Positions 1 through 11,151 of a stretch of 64,000 bases of DNA are shown here, piece after piece. The position numbers and the translations under genes are program-made. The stretch comes from Candidatus Daviesbacteria bacterium (GTDB lineage Bacteria; Patescibacteriota; Microgenomatia; Daviesbacterales; UBA10151). Position 1 is the first letter of the stretch. Each line of letters opens with the position of its first letter. Under the pieces are notes generated by a model. It had not been told where the DNA came from and did no database searches. It worked only from the letters and a program-made list of their open reading frames with translations. The stretch is taken from positions 7,680 to 71,679 of the forward strand of contig JACOXD010000008.1 in assembly GCA_016176465.1 (NCBI GenBank), in the 5' to 3' direction.

Positions 1-1587
1 TTGTTTTTACTCCTTACTTTTAAAAATCCATTCTCAAAGCGTACTCTTATCCCTAATTTTGAACCCTATCCAGATACTTTTCATTATATTAATCCAGCTT
101 TAAGTTTTGTAAAGGGAGAGGGTTTTAAAATGGGGAGAGAAGGTAGAGAAATTAAAGTAAATGTACCACCAATGTATTCCCTCAGTTTAATTCCTGCGTT
201 TTTGATTAAGCCTGATCCCAGAATGGCCTATTACGCAAATTTATTTTTAGCTTTTATTTCGCTATTTTTATTTTGGGCAATTCTTAAAAAATTATTTATC
301 AATAAATTAATTTTGTATAGCTTATTAATTTTATATATTAGCAATTACTTTATTTACTTTGTTCCTTCAATCATATTGGCAGAAAATCTAACCCTAACCC
401 TATATCTTACTGTTTTATTTTTTTTCATATCAAAAACAACCGTTTTAAATTCTGTTTTAACTATTGCTTGCGCAGTGGGGCTTTATGCAACAAAATATGC
501 AAATATTCCGCTAACTACTACCGTAATCCTTCTATCTTTTGCAAAAGCGTTTTTTATTAAAATAACCTTAAAGCAAAAGATAAAACTAGCTTTAATTATA
601 TCTGCAACTTTCATTTTAGCTTATCTTACGTTGCAGATTTATGAACAAAATACCAAAGGTCGCTCCACTATCGGACAATTTTATGAACATATTTCTTCAA
701 TTTACAAAAGTTCATCCTATAGCGCTTTGGAGGCAAAAAAAGCAAATATTCCGAAATGGTTTGGAACCCAGTATGTAAACATAAATTTACCAATGTATTT
801 TAGATCCTTACTTGGTTTGCCAAATAGGTTTTTATGGGATAATACGCCGCTTGTTCCAAATTTTATAGCAATAGGTGGAATTATTGGAATTTTAATGAAT
901 ATATTTGTTAGGAAGTTTAGATTTATATCATTTATACTTTTATCCCTTATATCTTCTACAGTGATCTTTATGTCCACTTTTTATTCATTTGATGCTCGCT
1001 ATATCTATATCGCAATCCCCAGTTTGTTAATTGGGTTTGGACTTTTCTTAAGCACCCTTGAAAATAGAATTTTTACTCAAAGAAGGAAACTCTTACATAT
1101 ATTAATTGTTATTTTTATGGGAATTTATCTTCTGACAAGTTTTATCAGAATTAAAAGCCAAATTAGCTTGAATCTAAGATATGCAGAAACGCCTTGGAAT
1201 TATATAGCTGTTTTAAAAATGAATGAATTTTTTACCATGAATAAAATCATAGACGGTAAAAAGCCAGTTCTGATTTCGGCACTGCCACCGTTTCTTATAG
1301 ATTACTATTCAAATGGAAACTATACATTATTGCCACTATCTTATGAGCAAGAATTCAGGGATATAAAGGAAGTAGTATGGGGGCCAAATGATTACTCGGA
1401 TCTGTCAAAGTTATATAGCAAGTATTTAAAGGAGGGATTTAAAGTTTATGTATCTAGAGCGGGTTTGGGTAATGAAAGTTATACAAATAGAGATTTTAAT
1501 GACATAGTATCGAAATTTAAAACGGAGATAGTTATAAAAGGTTGTTACGATCAATGTAATATATACAGCGTGGCTTTAAGAGAATGA
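1..1587 (+). CDS. Polytopic membrane protein with C-terminal soluble domain; putative GT-C-type glycosyltransferase. The 5' end is truncated by the window edge.
   Basis: The ORF is open from base 1. It has multiple hydrophobic helices followed by a ~170-aa soluble tail, the same architecture as the GT39-like paralogs at 4213, 7518 and 14552. Its stop overlaps the next start (ATGA at 1584-1587). Confidence 0.4.
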   Translation: MFLLLTFKNPFSKRTLIPNFEPYPDTFHYINPALSFVKGEGFKMGREGREIKVNVPPMYSLSLIPAFLIKPDPRMAYYANLFLAFISLFLFWAILKKLFINKLILYSLLILYISNYFIYFVPSIILAENLTLTLYLTVLFFFISKTTVLNSVLTIACAVGLYATKYANIPLTTTVILLSFAKAFFIKITLKQKIKLALIISATFILAYLTLQIYEQNTKGRSTIGQFYEHISSIYKSSSYSALEAKKANIPKWFGTQYVNINLPMYFRSLLGLPNRFLWDNTPLVPNFIAIGGIIGILMNIFVRKFRFISFILLSLISSTVIFMSTFYSFDARYIYIAIPSLLIGFGLFLSTLENRIFTQRRKLLHILIVIFMGIYLLTSFIRIKSQISLNLRYAETPWNYIAVLKMNEFFTMNKIIDGKKPVLISALPPFLIDYYSNGNYTLLPLSYEQEFRDIKEVVWGPNDYSDLSKLYSKYLKEGFKVYVSRAGLGNESYTNRDFNDIVSKFKTEIVIKGCYDQCNIYSVALRE

Positions 1588-2744
1588 AGACACTTCTTAA
1601 ATTTCTTGTGCCAACTTTTTTGCTTTGGCGACTTTTTTTATTTCTTCCGATTTTTATTGGATACAATTTTCTCCCCTTTAGAGATGGGTTCCAATTTGCA
1701 ACTATATGGTATCGCACTGCCCTCTACTCCCCAGTTAGCCATTTTCTAATATATCCTTGGGCAAACTTTGATGGGGTACATTATCTTTCTATAGCTGGAA
1801 ACGGATATATTGATGAAGGAAGATTTTTTCCCTTTTTCCCAATCTTAATCAATATAGTCTCTGAAATATTTGGCACAGGAGCCTCCTTTGGTCTGATCCA
1901 ATTTTTTGTAGGGTTCTCTATTGCTAATACTGCATTCTTTTTAAGCCTAATTGTTTTTTACAAGTTAGTAAGAATGGATTATAAGAAAAATATTGCTTTT
2001 TGGGCGATTATATATATAACTCTTTTTCCCACCTCCTTCTTTTTTGCAAGCATCTATTCTGAAAGTCTTTTTTTATTACTTCTTTTATTAACATTTTATT
2101 TTTTAAGATTAAAAAAATGGTTGTGGGCGAGTATCTTTGCCTTGTTCCTTACCATTACAAGATTTATTGGTATCGCAGTTATTCCTATACTTTTTTATGA
2201 ATTTTTTTTGCAGGAAAAACCATTCAATGGAAAAGCTATACTAAAAGCTTGGCCATTTTTTCTTACTCCTTTAGGAATTATTGGTTATTCAATATTTAAT
2301 TATCAAATGTGGGGGGATTACTTTTACTTTATTCATTCCCAAGGTAATCTTTTAAATAATAGAACAGTTGATTCAATAGTTTTTCCTCTACAAACATTAT
2401 TTCGGTACTTCAAAATATTGACTAGTGTTCCTTTAGTCCAATATGAGTGGTGGATTGCACTTCTTGAACTTGGAATCTTTGTTTTTAGCGCAATTATTTT
2501 GTATCTTGGATGGAGAAAGAAAATCAAAACCTCGTATCTTTTATTTTCTATTTTTGGTTTTTTAATACCTTCTTTGACAGGCACATTTAGTGGTTTACCT
2601 AGATATGTAATTATACTTTTTCCTCTTTTTATTACACTTGCTCTGATAGAAAAAAAAATATTTAAAGTCATGTATATTTCGATTTCCACCATAGTTTTAT
2701 TTATTTTATTAATGTTTTTCTCAAGAGGATATTTTGTAGCTTAA
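1584..2744 (+). CDS. Polytopic membrane glycosyltransferase, PIG-V/GT-C mannosyltransferase-like
   Basis: About 10 predicted TM helices. The first extracytoplasmic loop carries the motif WANFDGVHYLSIAGNGY, which resembles the W-x-DG/A-x-HY-x-IA-x-GY signature of PIG-V-type mannosyltransferases. Confidence 0.4.
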   Translation: MKTLLKFLVPTFLLWRLFLFLPIFIGYNFLPFRDGFQFATIWYRTALYSPVSHFLIYPWANFDGVHYLSIAGNGYIDEGRFFPFFPILINIVSEIFGTGASFGLIQFFVGFSIANTAFFLSLIVFYKLVRMDYKKNIAFWAIIYITLFPTSFFFASIYSESLFLLLLLLTFYFLRLKKWLWASIFALFLTITRFIGIAVIPILFYEFFLQEKPFNGKAILKAWPFFLTPLGIIGYSIFNYQMWGDYFYFIHSQGNLLNNRTVDSIVFPLQTLFRYFKILTSVPLVQYEWWIALLELGIFVFSAIILYLGWRKKIKTSYLLFSIFGFLIPSLTGTFSGLPRYVIILFPLFITLALIEKKIFKVMYISISTIVLFILLMFFSRGYFVA

Positions 2745-2751
2745 GTTTTGA

Positions 2752-4172
2752 TTAAATCTCGATTCTTAATTTGATAAGACGATAGAGAAATATATTATCC
2801 TTTAAATCCCAAATTTTATCTATTTTAAATGGTTGAAATGATTGGATCTCCCAAGCCTTAGCATTTAAAATTTGGTTAGTATTATTTGCAAGAACATAAA
2901 TTATTTTAGCTTTAGGATATGCTTGCACGTCCAGAGGCTTTGTATCCAGTAAACTTAACGAGTATCTTAGGGGATAAGTTCTTGTATCACCATCTAGAAG
3001 AGATCTGATTGAATTAATTTGGCAGTTGATTGAATCTTTTGTAAGCTCCACCCTTTGGGCATATCATAGCCATGATTGTTATTTAAGTTTGAGAGGGTGG
3101 ACACTAGATTAATAGCAATTAAAGTAGATATCAAAAAATAACCAAGCCTCTTAAAGTTTATAAACAGTAAAGTGGGAATTAGAATTATTAAAATAATCCA
3201 AAGGGGTAATAAATAATGGTCTTGAAAGGAATTTAATTTTAGGGATGCAACTATAGAGATAAATAGGTAAATAAATGTGAAAGATCTCAGATTTAATAAA
3301 TTAGTATCTTTAAATTTATTAACAGTTAAAATAAAAATCATAGAGAGTAAAAGTAAAATCCCAATGACTTCATTATTCCCAGCTAAAAAATCTGAAGCTC
3401 CTTTAATCCAGGCATCTAAATTGTCTAAGTTAAATTGTTTTGTGCCACTTTGCTTTATGTAGGAAAAATAAGCATTTGTATTAAAGAATTGGTTTCTTAA
3501 TTCAAACGTGATTGTTGGCAAAAACCCAAAAAAGCAACCGAGAATAAAAATTCCGATTTTAAAATAATTTTTAATCTTAAAAATTAAAAAAATAAATAAA
3601 GATAAAGCATATGTTATTGCTAAAAAATGAATTTCTATCGCAAAACCTATCATGAAGCCTAAAGCAAAAAAGTGAATTAACCGATTTGAATTAAGTGATT
3701 TAAATAAAAAAATAAGAGATAGTAATAAGGGTAATGGCAGAAAATTTTGATAAAGAGGAGTATTTCCAAAAACCACAAGTTCAGGAGAGAGTGCGAAAAT
3801 TAAACCACTAAATATTGCCGCCCTTTTACCGATAAAATTTAGACAAAAAAATATAAGTAAAATTAATGAGAGTAGTGAAACAAATACTGCAGTATATGCC
3901 CCAGCGATTGGATGAAGTCCAAAAATAAAAAATGCAGGAACTAACATATAGATATAATTTGGGCCTTGGAAAAATTCACCAATGGAAGTTTTAATACCTA
4001 TTAGAGTTAAGTTATGATTTTCAATAATATCTAAAACAACTAAAAAATCTATCCCTTGATCCCGCCCAAAAGTTGTTAATACATCAATTCGATAGACTCT
4101 TAGTACTAAGGCTAAGAGAAAAATGAGTATAAATATTAAATGAAAGTTTAGTAATTTAAGCAAGGTCGTCAA
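2752..4172 (-). pseudogene. GT39/ArnT/PMT-like glycosyltransferase split by a frameshift. The membrane domain is 4172..2994 and the C-terminal soluble domain is 3051..2752.
   Basis: The 392-aa ORF has a GT39-like N-terminus (LRVYRIDVLTTFGRDQG...GPNYIYMLVP) but no ~100-aa C-terminal domain. The overlapping -strand ORF 3051..2752 in another frame matches the C-terminal domains of paralogs 7518..8972 and 4213..5652 (YPL..SL..PL / IIYVLANNTN / FLYRL). The two frames cross near 3040-3060, where the sequence is ccaccctttggg. Confidence 0.5.
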
Positions 4173-4212
4173 TACCTAAAATATTGTTACTATTATATGA
4201 TAGTGTCTAGCT

Positions 4213-5652
4213 ATGATTATATTAATATTAATCTTTTCTTTGATTATAAGATTAATTAGTATAGACCAGAGTTTATGGTTAGATGAGGCAATCAGTGTTG
4301 TTTATGCAACAAACTCATCTTTTAAATATTTTGTGACTGAGTATCCTATTGGTGATTTTCACCCACCTGGATATTTTGCAATACTTTGGATTTGGATTAA
4401 GACCTTTGGCGACTCGGAGATTTCAGTGAGATTTCCTTCACTAGTATTTGGAGTGCTGACAATTTTACTAACTTTTTTAGTTGGAAAGGAACTATTTAGT
4501 AAAAAAGTTGCATTAGTTGCCTCAATTTTTCTAAGTTTAGCCCCACTACATGTTTATTACTCCCAGGAGGCAAGAATGTATGCTTTTGCAGCATTTGCAG
4601 CGATATTATCCACATACCTTTTAATTAAACTAGTGCAATTTAAAAAATATTTTTTTGTTCTTTACGGACTATCCTTGAGCTTAGTTTTATATTCAGACTA
4701 CCTAGCTTATTTAATTTTGCCAGCACATTTTATATATATCTTCTTTTATCGAAAAAAGGCAATTAAAACGGTTCTTCTTTCTTATTTAATCGCTTTCTTA
4801 CTGTTTATACCCTGGTTATTGATATTACCTACCCAATTAAAGAGTGGATTACAAACAGCGACTAATGTAGAGGGTTGGTCTAATATTGTTGGTGGAGTTA
4901 CTTTAAAACAAATTTTACTTTTACCAATTAAAATTATTTTTGGAAGAGTAGGTATAGATAATTTTTCACTTTATATATTTTTTGGTTTGATATTTTCAGT
5001 ACCTTTTGTTTTTGGTTTATATAATGCAATAGGAAGAAAAAATGAAAAGACTTTTCTGCTATTTATGAGTGTATTTCTTCCGATTATTGGGGCGATACTT
5101 ATTTCTTTTTTTGTCCCAGTTTTTTCCTATTTTAGATTTGTATTTATACTCCCTCTTCTTTATTTACTTTTGGCCCTTGGACTATTTCAATTAAAAGAGA
5201 CTTTAAAAAAAGTCCTTATTGGTTTTATGATTTTAACTGAGGTTTACTTAAGTTTTACATATTTACTAAATCCCCTTTTCCATAGGGAAGATTGGAAAGA
5301 AGCGGTTGATTTTGTAACCAAAAGAGAGTTTAAAAATACGACAGTGGTTTTTGAAAATAATGAAACACTTGCCCCTTTTATTTATTATTTTATGAAAAAG
5401 GGTAGCAATCAAACCTTGCTTGCAGGATTAAAATCAGTACCAGCTTTAAATGTTGATAATGTTTATGATTTTTCTAATCTAGCGCGCCAAGGCAAGGAAA
5501 TTCTACTTTTTGAATATTTAATTGATGTAACTGATCCAAAAAAGCTACTTATGAAACAACTTGAAGCAAATGGCTATAGAAAAATTAATACTTATGATTT
5601 TAGAGGAGTTGGATTTATCTATCAATATAAATACATGGAAGGTTTTCAATGA
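4213..5652 (+). CDS. GT39/GT83 family membrane glycosyltransferase (ArnT/PMT-like, polyprenyl-phosphate-sugar dependent)
   Basis: The N-terminal loop motif SLWLDEAISVVYA is the D-E motif of the ArnT/PMT family. There are about 11 TM helices and a C-terminal soluble domain. Its stop overlaps the next gene. Confidence 0.6.
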   Translation: MIILILIFSLIIRLISIDQSLWLDEAISVVYATNSSFKYFVTEYPIGDFHPPGYFAILWIWIKTFGDSEISVRFPSLVFGVLTILLTFLVGKELFSKKVALVASIFLSLAPLHVYYSQEARMYAFAAFAAILSTYLLIKLVQFKKYFFVLYGLSLSLVLYSDYLAYLILPAHFIYIFFYRKKAIKTVLLSYLIAFLLFIPWLLILPTQLKSGLQTATNVEGWSNIVGGVTLKQILLLPIKIIFGRVGIDNFSLYIFFGLIFSVPFVFGLYNAIGRKNEKTFLLFMSVFLPIIGAILISFFVPVFSYFRFVFILPLLYLLLALGLFQLKETLKKVLIGFMILTEVYLSFTYLLNPLFHREDWKEAVDFVTKREFKNTTVVFENNETLAPFIYYFMKKGSNQTLLAGLKSVPALNVDNVYDFSNLARQGKEILLFEYLIDVTDPKKLLMKQLEANGYRKINTYDFRGVGFIYQYKYMEGFQ

Positions 5653-7514
5653 ATCATGCGAGTAAAATACTCATAGTAATTGCATTTTTCATAACCCCTT
5701 TTATTATTTTTCCTAGAATATCTTATGCGGCGGGGGAAGGATTTTGTTCAGATAGATATGTAACTTTAGTTAACCCTGTTAGAGGTAGAGATTTGTGGAG
5801 AGATAAAACCCCAATCCCTTTAAAAAATCAGTATCAAACCATTAAACAAAAAGATTTTTCTGCAACGTGGCTATTACAATATGATGCTTTAGTTGACAAG
5901 GGTATTTTAGAAGAAATTAAAAAATTTGATGAAAAACAAGAAGTAGGAGTTTTCTTAGAAGTATCTGAAAGATTTGCAACTGATTCAAGAGTTCTTTATC
6001 CAATTAATAAAACTTGGTTTGACCCAGGAGTAGTTTTTCTATCAGCGTATAGTCAATCTGAAAGGAGGAAATTAATTGATAAGCTTTTTGCAAGATATAA
6101 AGAGACATTCGGAAAATATCCTAAGTCCACTGGAGCTTGGTGGATAGATTCTTATTCTCTTGATTATATGAGAGATAAGTATGGAATAAGTAGCGCTTTA
6201 ATAGTAGCCGATCAAAAAACTACTGATAATTATGGCGTTTGGGGGCAGTGGTGGGGAGTTCCCTACTATCCATCATTAGCCAATATTTTAACTCCTGCAA
6301 ATAGTATAGATTCTAAACAAGATGTTTTAATTTTACAGTGGGCACAAAGGGATCCGCTAAGAGCATTTGGAGAAACTTTAAATAAATCAAATTTTTCTCT
6401 CCAAGCAAATGATTATTTACGCCAAAATTTAGATACAAACTATTTTAAGAAGTTAATTGATGTTTATTTAAGTTGTAATCAAAAGATAGGTCAAATTACA
6501 GTTGGTTTAGAAACAGGGATAGAGAGTGTAGGGAATATTACTGAATATGAAAAACAACTAGAAGTTTTGAAAAACTATACAAACTTAAAAACGCTTACAA
6601 TGAGTGATTTTTCAAGTAAATACTCAAAAATTTATCCTCCAATATCTACCGTTGAAGTTAGTTTAGGAGACTCCAAATGGGTAATGAGTGAAAAAGGAAG
6701 GGAAAATAAAAAGTTTGGTGAAAGTATTATCTATAATAATAAGGAAGGTTTCTCTGACTACTTTATAGCTGATAAATCAAGTTTTCTTAACCGGGTTTTA
6801 GAGGAAGAATCAATTAAAGCTGAACTCAAAGAATATTTCCCCTGGTATCTTCTAATAATTTTAGTATTTGGAGTTTATGCACTTTTAAAAAGAAAAGTAA
6901 AACTTTGGATATTTGCACTCGCCTTCCTTTTTGCATCTTTTGGACTGATTTTAAAATCACATTATTTATATGGATGGAAAGTTTTTTATGGACCAACTAT
7001 TGAGTCCCTAGAAATTTGGCAAATAATATTGACCATAGCTGTCTTTATATCTTTTTTTGCAATTTATAATTTAAAAAAGATAGATCAAAAACTAAAAGAT
7101 TTATTTATTGTTATTTTGCCACTTTCTTTTGGTATGGATTTAATAATATATTCTCTAAGATATAGCTATATTTCTGGATTTTATTATTTGGGAATTGCGC
7201 TCGATAGCTTAAGATTTATTGGAGTTATCTTTTCAAAAAATTTAGAGATAAAATTTCTCAATTTGGATCTTCCTGCTTATCAAGCTGCTGCCCTACTTCG
7301 TCTAGATTCTAATAAATTGTATGGTGATTCTATATTTTCCCTAGTAATAAACCCACTGCTACATATCCTAATTGCAGTTTTTATTTTTTTGCTACTTATA
7401 AATCTTCCATCCAAACTAAAAAAAGGGTTTTTTATTATATTAACTATCCTATTTTCTATTTTTATATTAGGATTAATTAATTCTGATCCAAGAGTGGTAA
7501 TACCAAATATTTAA
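5649..7514 (+). CDS. Hypothetical exported protein with C-terminal polytopic membrane domain
   Basis: It has an N-terminal signal peptide (IVIAFFITPFIIFPRISYAAG), a ~380-aa hydrophilic domain, and about 6 C-terminal TM helices. It is embedded in the glycan operon and translationally coupled on both sides. Confidence 0.35.
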   Translation: MNHASKILIVIAFFITPFIIFPRISYAAGEGFCSDRYVTLVNPVRGRDLWRDKTPIPLKNQYQTIKQKDFSATWLLQYDALVDKGILEEIKKFDEKQEVGVFLEVSERFATDSRVLYPINKTWFDPGVVFLSAYSQSERRKLIDKLFARYKETFGKYPKSTGAWWIDSYSLDYMRDKYGISSALIVADQKTTDNYGVWGQWWGVPYYPSLANILTPANSIDSKQDVLILQWAQRDPLRAFGETLNKSNFSLQANDYLRQNLDTNYFKKLIDVYLSCNQKIGQITVGLETGIESVGNITEYEKQLEVLKNYTNLKTLTMSDFSSKYSKIYPPISTVEVSLGDSKWVMSEKGRENKKFGESIIYNNKEGFSDYFIADKSSFLNRVLEEESIKAELKEYFPWYLLIILVFGVYALLKRKVKLWIFALAFLFASFGLILKSHYLYGWKVFYGPTIESLEIWQIILTIAVFISFFAIYNLKKIDQKLKDLFIVILPLSFGMDLIIYSLRYSYISGFYYLGIALDSLRFIGVIFSKNLEIKFLNLDLPAYQAAALLRLDSNKLYGDSIFSLVINPLLHILIAVFIFLLLINLPSKLKKGFFIILTILFSIFILGLINSDPRVVIPNI

Positions 7515-7517
7515 TTT

Positions 7518-8972
7518 ATGAAACTTACAAAAAGTGAGTTACTTTTGGTTGTACTGATTTTTTTATTAACGTTATTCTTACGAACTTATAAAATAGAAGA
7601 TTATTTGTTTTTTGGTTATGAGCAGGGAAGAGATGCAATTATTGTAGAAAATATTATCTCTTTAAAAGACTTTACTCTTGTTGGACCAAGCACAAGCATT
7701 GGGGGAATATTCCATGGACCATACTATTATTATTTATTGGCGATACCTTACTTTTTGGGAAAAGGAGACCCGCTTAGTGCATCCTTTTTTCTGATTTTAC
7801 TTGGATCAATTTCCAGTATATTAATTTATATCTTTTCTAAGCAATTTTTTAGAAGTAAAATTTATGCTCTTCTAACATCTTTACTTTTTGTCTTTAGTTT
7901 TGAATATATATCTTATTCTCGCTGGCTTTCTAATGTTTCACCAAGCGTGCTTTTTATAATACTTTCTTTTTTATTTCTATATAAATATTCAAACTCTTTA
8001 AAACAAATAAATTTTATATTGTTTATCCTTTTTTCTTCCCTAGCTTCGCAATTTGAAATGATAATTTTTCCCATTATTGTATTTATTGTAATTGCGATGC
8101 TTTTATTTAAAGTAATAAAAATACCAAGTCTTAAGGCGTTACATATCTCATTACTAGTATTTATTATAGTTTTTTTCCCTCTAATACTTTTTGATTTTAG
8201 AAATCAACATATCTCGATTAATTCTTTAACTGACTTTATCCTTAATCCAAAAATAGATGAAAATGCAAAGACATTTAATCCAATAGCTAGTTTTATTTTT
8301 CAATCAAAACTACATTTGCAGCGCTCCTTAATAAATATTGAAAATGATTTGATAATTGCAATTTCTTTACTTTTAACTCTAGTAGGTTTTATTTTATTCT
8401 TTACAAAAAATAGAAGTTTTGGGAAATTTATCTTAATCTGGGCAATATCGGGCTTGCCATTAATTTTTATTGGTCCAGGAAATCCCCAAAACTATGTACC
8501 TGTTGGAATTGGTTGGATTTTTTTGATAGTGGCCTCAGTAAAGGGATGGATCGAAAATTCAAGGTTTAAAATAATAGGTTTTATATTAATTTTCACAATT
8601 ATATTTAGCTTCAAAAACACAATTAATAACTTAATTCAAAATAAAAACTTCTTTTTTGTAACTATTCAAGAAGATCTAAATTTAGCTGATCAAAGAAAAG
8701 TATTACATTTTCTCAATTCTGACTCAAATGGTGAGCCTTATAAATTCTTGGCATTTACCATTCCTTCTCTTCATCCAGAAGGATGGGAATACTTACACAA
8801 ATACTACTATCCAAATGAGGCAAAAAAGAAAGGAAAATTTACCTACATTGTGATAGAAAAAAATGTTTATCCCATCTGGGAAAATAAATGGATTGCTGAT
8901 TTAGGCAAAACAAAATTAATAGAAGAGAAGTATTTTGGATTATTAAGAGTTCAAAAAAGAATTGCCGATTAA
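7518..8972 (+). CDS. GT39/ArnT-like membrane glycosyltransferase paralog
   Basis: Its N-terminus (LRTYKIEDYLFFGYEQGRDAIIVENIISLKDFTLVGPSTSIGGIFHGPYYYYLL) is colinear with the 4172..2994 protein. It is polytopic with a C-terminal soluble domain. Confidence 0.55.
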   Translation: MKLTKSELLLVVLIFLLTLFLRTYKIEDYLFFGYEQGRDAIIVENIISLKDFTLVGPSTSIGGIFHGPYYYYLLAIPYFLGKGDPLSASFFLILLGSISSILIYIFSKQFFRSKIYALLTSLLFVFSFEYISYSRWLSNVSPSVLFIILSFLFLYKYSNSLKQINFILFILFSSLASQFEMIIFPIIVFIVIAMLLFKVIKIPSLKALHISLLVFIIVFFPLILFDFRNQHISINSLTDFILNPKIDENAKTFNPIASFIFQSKLHLQRSLINIENDLIIAISLLLTLVGFILFFTKNRSFGKFILIWAISGLPLIFIGPGNPQNYVPVGIGWIFLIVASVKGWIENSRFKIIGFILIFTIIFSFKNTINNLIQNKNFFFVTIQEDLNLADQRKVLHFLNSDSNGEPYKFLAFTIPSLHPEGWEYLHKYYYPNEAKKKGKFTYIVIEKNVYPIWENKWIADLGKTKLIEEKYFGLLRVQKRIAD

Positions 8973-9000
8973 GAAGGCTTAAATTTGTTATCATAAAGTT

Positions 9001-10017
9001 ATGAAAGTTGGATTTGATATTTCCCAAACAGCGCACATCGGTGGAGTTTCAGTATACACTGAAAATCTTACAATGGAACTTTCAAAACTTAAAGATTTGG
9101 ACTTAGTATTTTTTTATTCTTCTTTACGGAAGCCATATCATGGAACTCTTAAAAATGTAAAACAATTTTTTTTGCCACCAACTTTATTTGAAATTTTATT
9201 TAACAGAATAAGAGTTTTGCCTATTGAATCTTTTATAGGAGAGGTTGATATTTTCCATAGCTCTGACTGGATCCAACCACCAACAAGAGCAAAGAAGGTA
9301 ACTACCTATCATGATGTAATACCTCTTAAATACCCACAGTGGTCTCACCCTAAAATAGTTGCTGTACACAAAAAAAGACTAGAAATTGTTGAAAAAGAAA
9401 TTGACATGGTTATTGCTGTTTCAAAGTCTACTAAAAAAGATTTATTAGAGATCTCAAAAATACCTGCTGAGAAAATTGTTGTTATTTATGAGGGAGTTTC
9501 AGAAATTTTTAAACCGCAATCTGATGAAGACATTGAAGACTTTAGGAAAAAAAATAATCTTCCAAAAGAGTTTCTATTAAGTATTGGGGGAGTTGGAAAA
9601 AGAAGAAATTTAGAAAGGATTAAGCAAGCCTCAAAAGATTTTAATTTAGTTATTATGGGAGAGACTATAAAAAACTTAAAGTACTACGAGTTGCCTCTTT
9701 TATATGCATCAGCAAAAGCATTAATCTATCCTTCCTTCTATGAAGGTTTTGGTTTGCCAATTTTAGAAGCTTTTGCTTGTGGCATACCAGTAATTACCTC
9801 AAATATTTCTAGCATGCCTGAGGTAGCAGGAGAAGCAGCTATTTATGTTGATCCTGAAAATACAGAAGAGCTGGCAAAAAAAATTAAATTAATAGTTGAA
9901 GATGATAGTAAAAGGAAAGAGTTAATAAACAGGGGCTTTGAGAGAGTAAAATTATTCTCTTGGCAAAAATGCGCGCAGGAAACAGCTAAAGTTTACTCTA
10001 AACTGATGAATTTATGA
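9001..10017 (+). CDS. Glycosyltransferase family 4 (GT-B, retaining)
   Basis: It carries the C-terminal GT4 signature EGFGLPILEAFACGIPVITSNISSMPEVAGEAAIYVDP. Confidence 0.75.
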   Translation: MKVGFDISQTAHIGGVSVYTENLTMELSKLKDLDLVFFYSSLRKPYHGTLKNVKQFFLPPTLFEILFNRIRVLPIESFIGEVDIFHSSDWIQPPTRAKKVTTYHDVIPLKYPQWSHPKIVAVHKKRLEIVEKEIDMVIAVSKSTKKDLLEISKIPAEKIVVIYEGVSEIFKPQSDEDIEDFRKKNNLPKEFLLSIGGVGKRRNLERIKQASKDFNLVIMGETIKNLKYYELPLLYASAKALIYPSFYEGFGLPILEAFACGIPVITSNISSMPEVAGEAAIYVDPENTEELAKKIKLIVEDDSKRKELINRGFERVKLFSWQKCAQETAKVYSKLMNL

Positions 10018-11132
10018 AAAATATCTGGATTGATGGAATTGAGGCTAATGTTAAAGATAGATTAGGTTCTAATCAAGTTGCTTTTGAGTTGCTAAAAAAT
10101 TTAGCAGAAATTGACAAAAAAAACTCCTATACAATTATTCTTGCCAATGAACCCTTTTCTGACTTACCTAAAGAAAGAGAAGGTTGGCAATATAAAATTT
10201 TAAAAATAAAAAAATTAAAAAATATATTAGGAATTCCGCTTGAGCTTAAACTTACTAAAATAAAACCTGATGTTTATTTTTCCCCTTCTCACTATTTGCC
10301 CAGGTTTTCCAAAGTAAAAAAAGTTGCAACTATTTTTGATTTGGCCTTTTTACATTTTCCTAAACTTTTTACAAAAACTGACCTTATAAAATTAACCACT
10401 TGGACAAAGTACTCAATTCAAAATAGTAACCATCTAATAACCATTTCTAATTTTTCAAAAAAAGATATTATAAAAAATTACAACTTTCCAAAAGAGAAAA
10501 TCACAGTTGCTTATCCTGGGCATAATTTTTCAATTTTTAAAGTTATCAAAGATCAAAATAAAATTTTGCAAATTAAAAATAAATATAAAGTGTCAGGAGA
10601 CTTCATTATTTTTATTGGGACAATTCAACCCCGAAAAAATTTAATTCGTTTAATAGAAAGCTTTAAAAATATTGATAATCTAAAACTTGTGATTGTAGGT
10701 AAAAGTTTTGGGGAAGGAAGAGAAGGGTGGATGTTTGAAGATATTTTAAATAAACCAAGGCAACTTTTAATTGAGGGAAAAATAATTTTTACTGGTTTTA
10801 TCCCTGATGAGGAGTTAGCACTTTTATTAAATGGAGCCAAGGCATTTATTCTGCCTTCGTTATATGAAGGGTTTGGAATTCCAGTTGTTGATGCTATGGC
10901 CTGCGGTATCCCTGTTATTGTTTCTAATGTCTCCTCGCTCCCAGAAATTGTTGGGAATGCTGGGTTATTAGTGGATCCTTACTCAAGCGATCAAATAGAG
11001 CAGGCAATTAGAACACTTGCTTGGGATAAAAAAATAAATCTAAAATTATCTAAGGCAGGAATTAAGCAAGCGCAAAAATTTTCCTGGAAAAAAATGGCAA
11101 AGAAAGTAAAAGAAGTACTAGAAACAGTATAA
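10014..11132 (+). CDS. Glycosyltransferase family 4
   Basis: It carries the signature [38 protein letters not shown]. It shares a 4-nt overlap with the upstream GT4. Confidence 0.75.
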   Translation: MKNIWIDGIEANVKDRLGSNQVAFELLKNLAEIDKKNSYTIILANEPFSDLPKEREGWQYKILKIKKLKNILGIPLELKLTKIKPDVYFSPSHYLPRFSKVKKVATIFDLAFLHFPKLFTKTDLIKLTTWTKYSIQNSNHLITISNFSKKDIIKNYNFPKEKITVAYPGHNFSIFKVIKDQNKILQIKNKYKVSGDFIIFIGTIQPRKNLIRLIESFKNIDNLKLVIVGKSFGEGREGWMFEDILNKPRQLLIEGKIIFTGFIPDEELALLLNGAKAFILPSLYEGFGIPVVDAMACGIPVIVSNVSSLPEIVGNAGLLVDPYSSDQIEQAIRTLAWDKKINLKLSKAGIKQAQKFSWKKMAKKVKEVLETV

Positions 11133-11151
11133 TTGTTTAATAATATTAAAT

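Noticed and set aside
717-977. Short antisense ORFs inside larger genes (for example 717..977, 1532..1717, 2333..2692, 10625..10840, 16585..16809, 33603..34917, 43103..43336, 47846..49162, 53115..53408).
   Set aside because: They are fully embedded in, and antisense to or out of frame with, long well-supported CDSs. They have low-complexity translations and no motifs, so I treat them as spurious.
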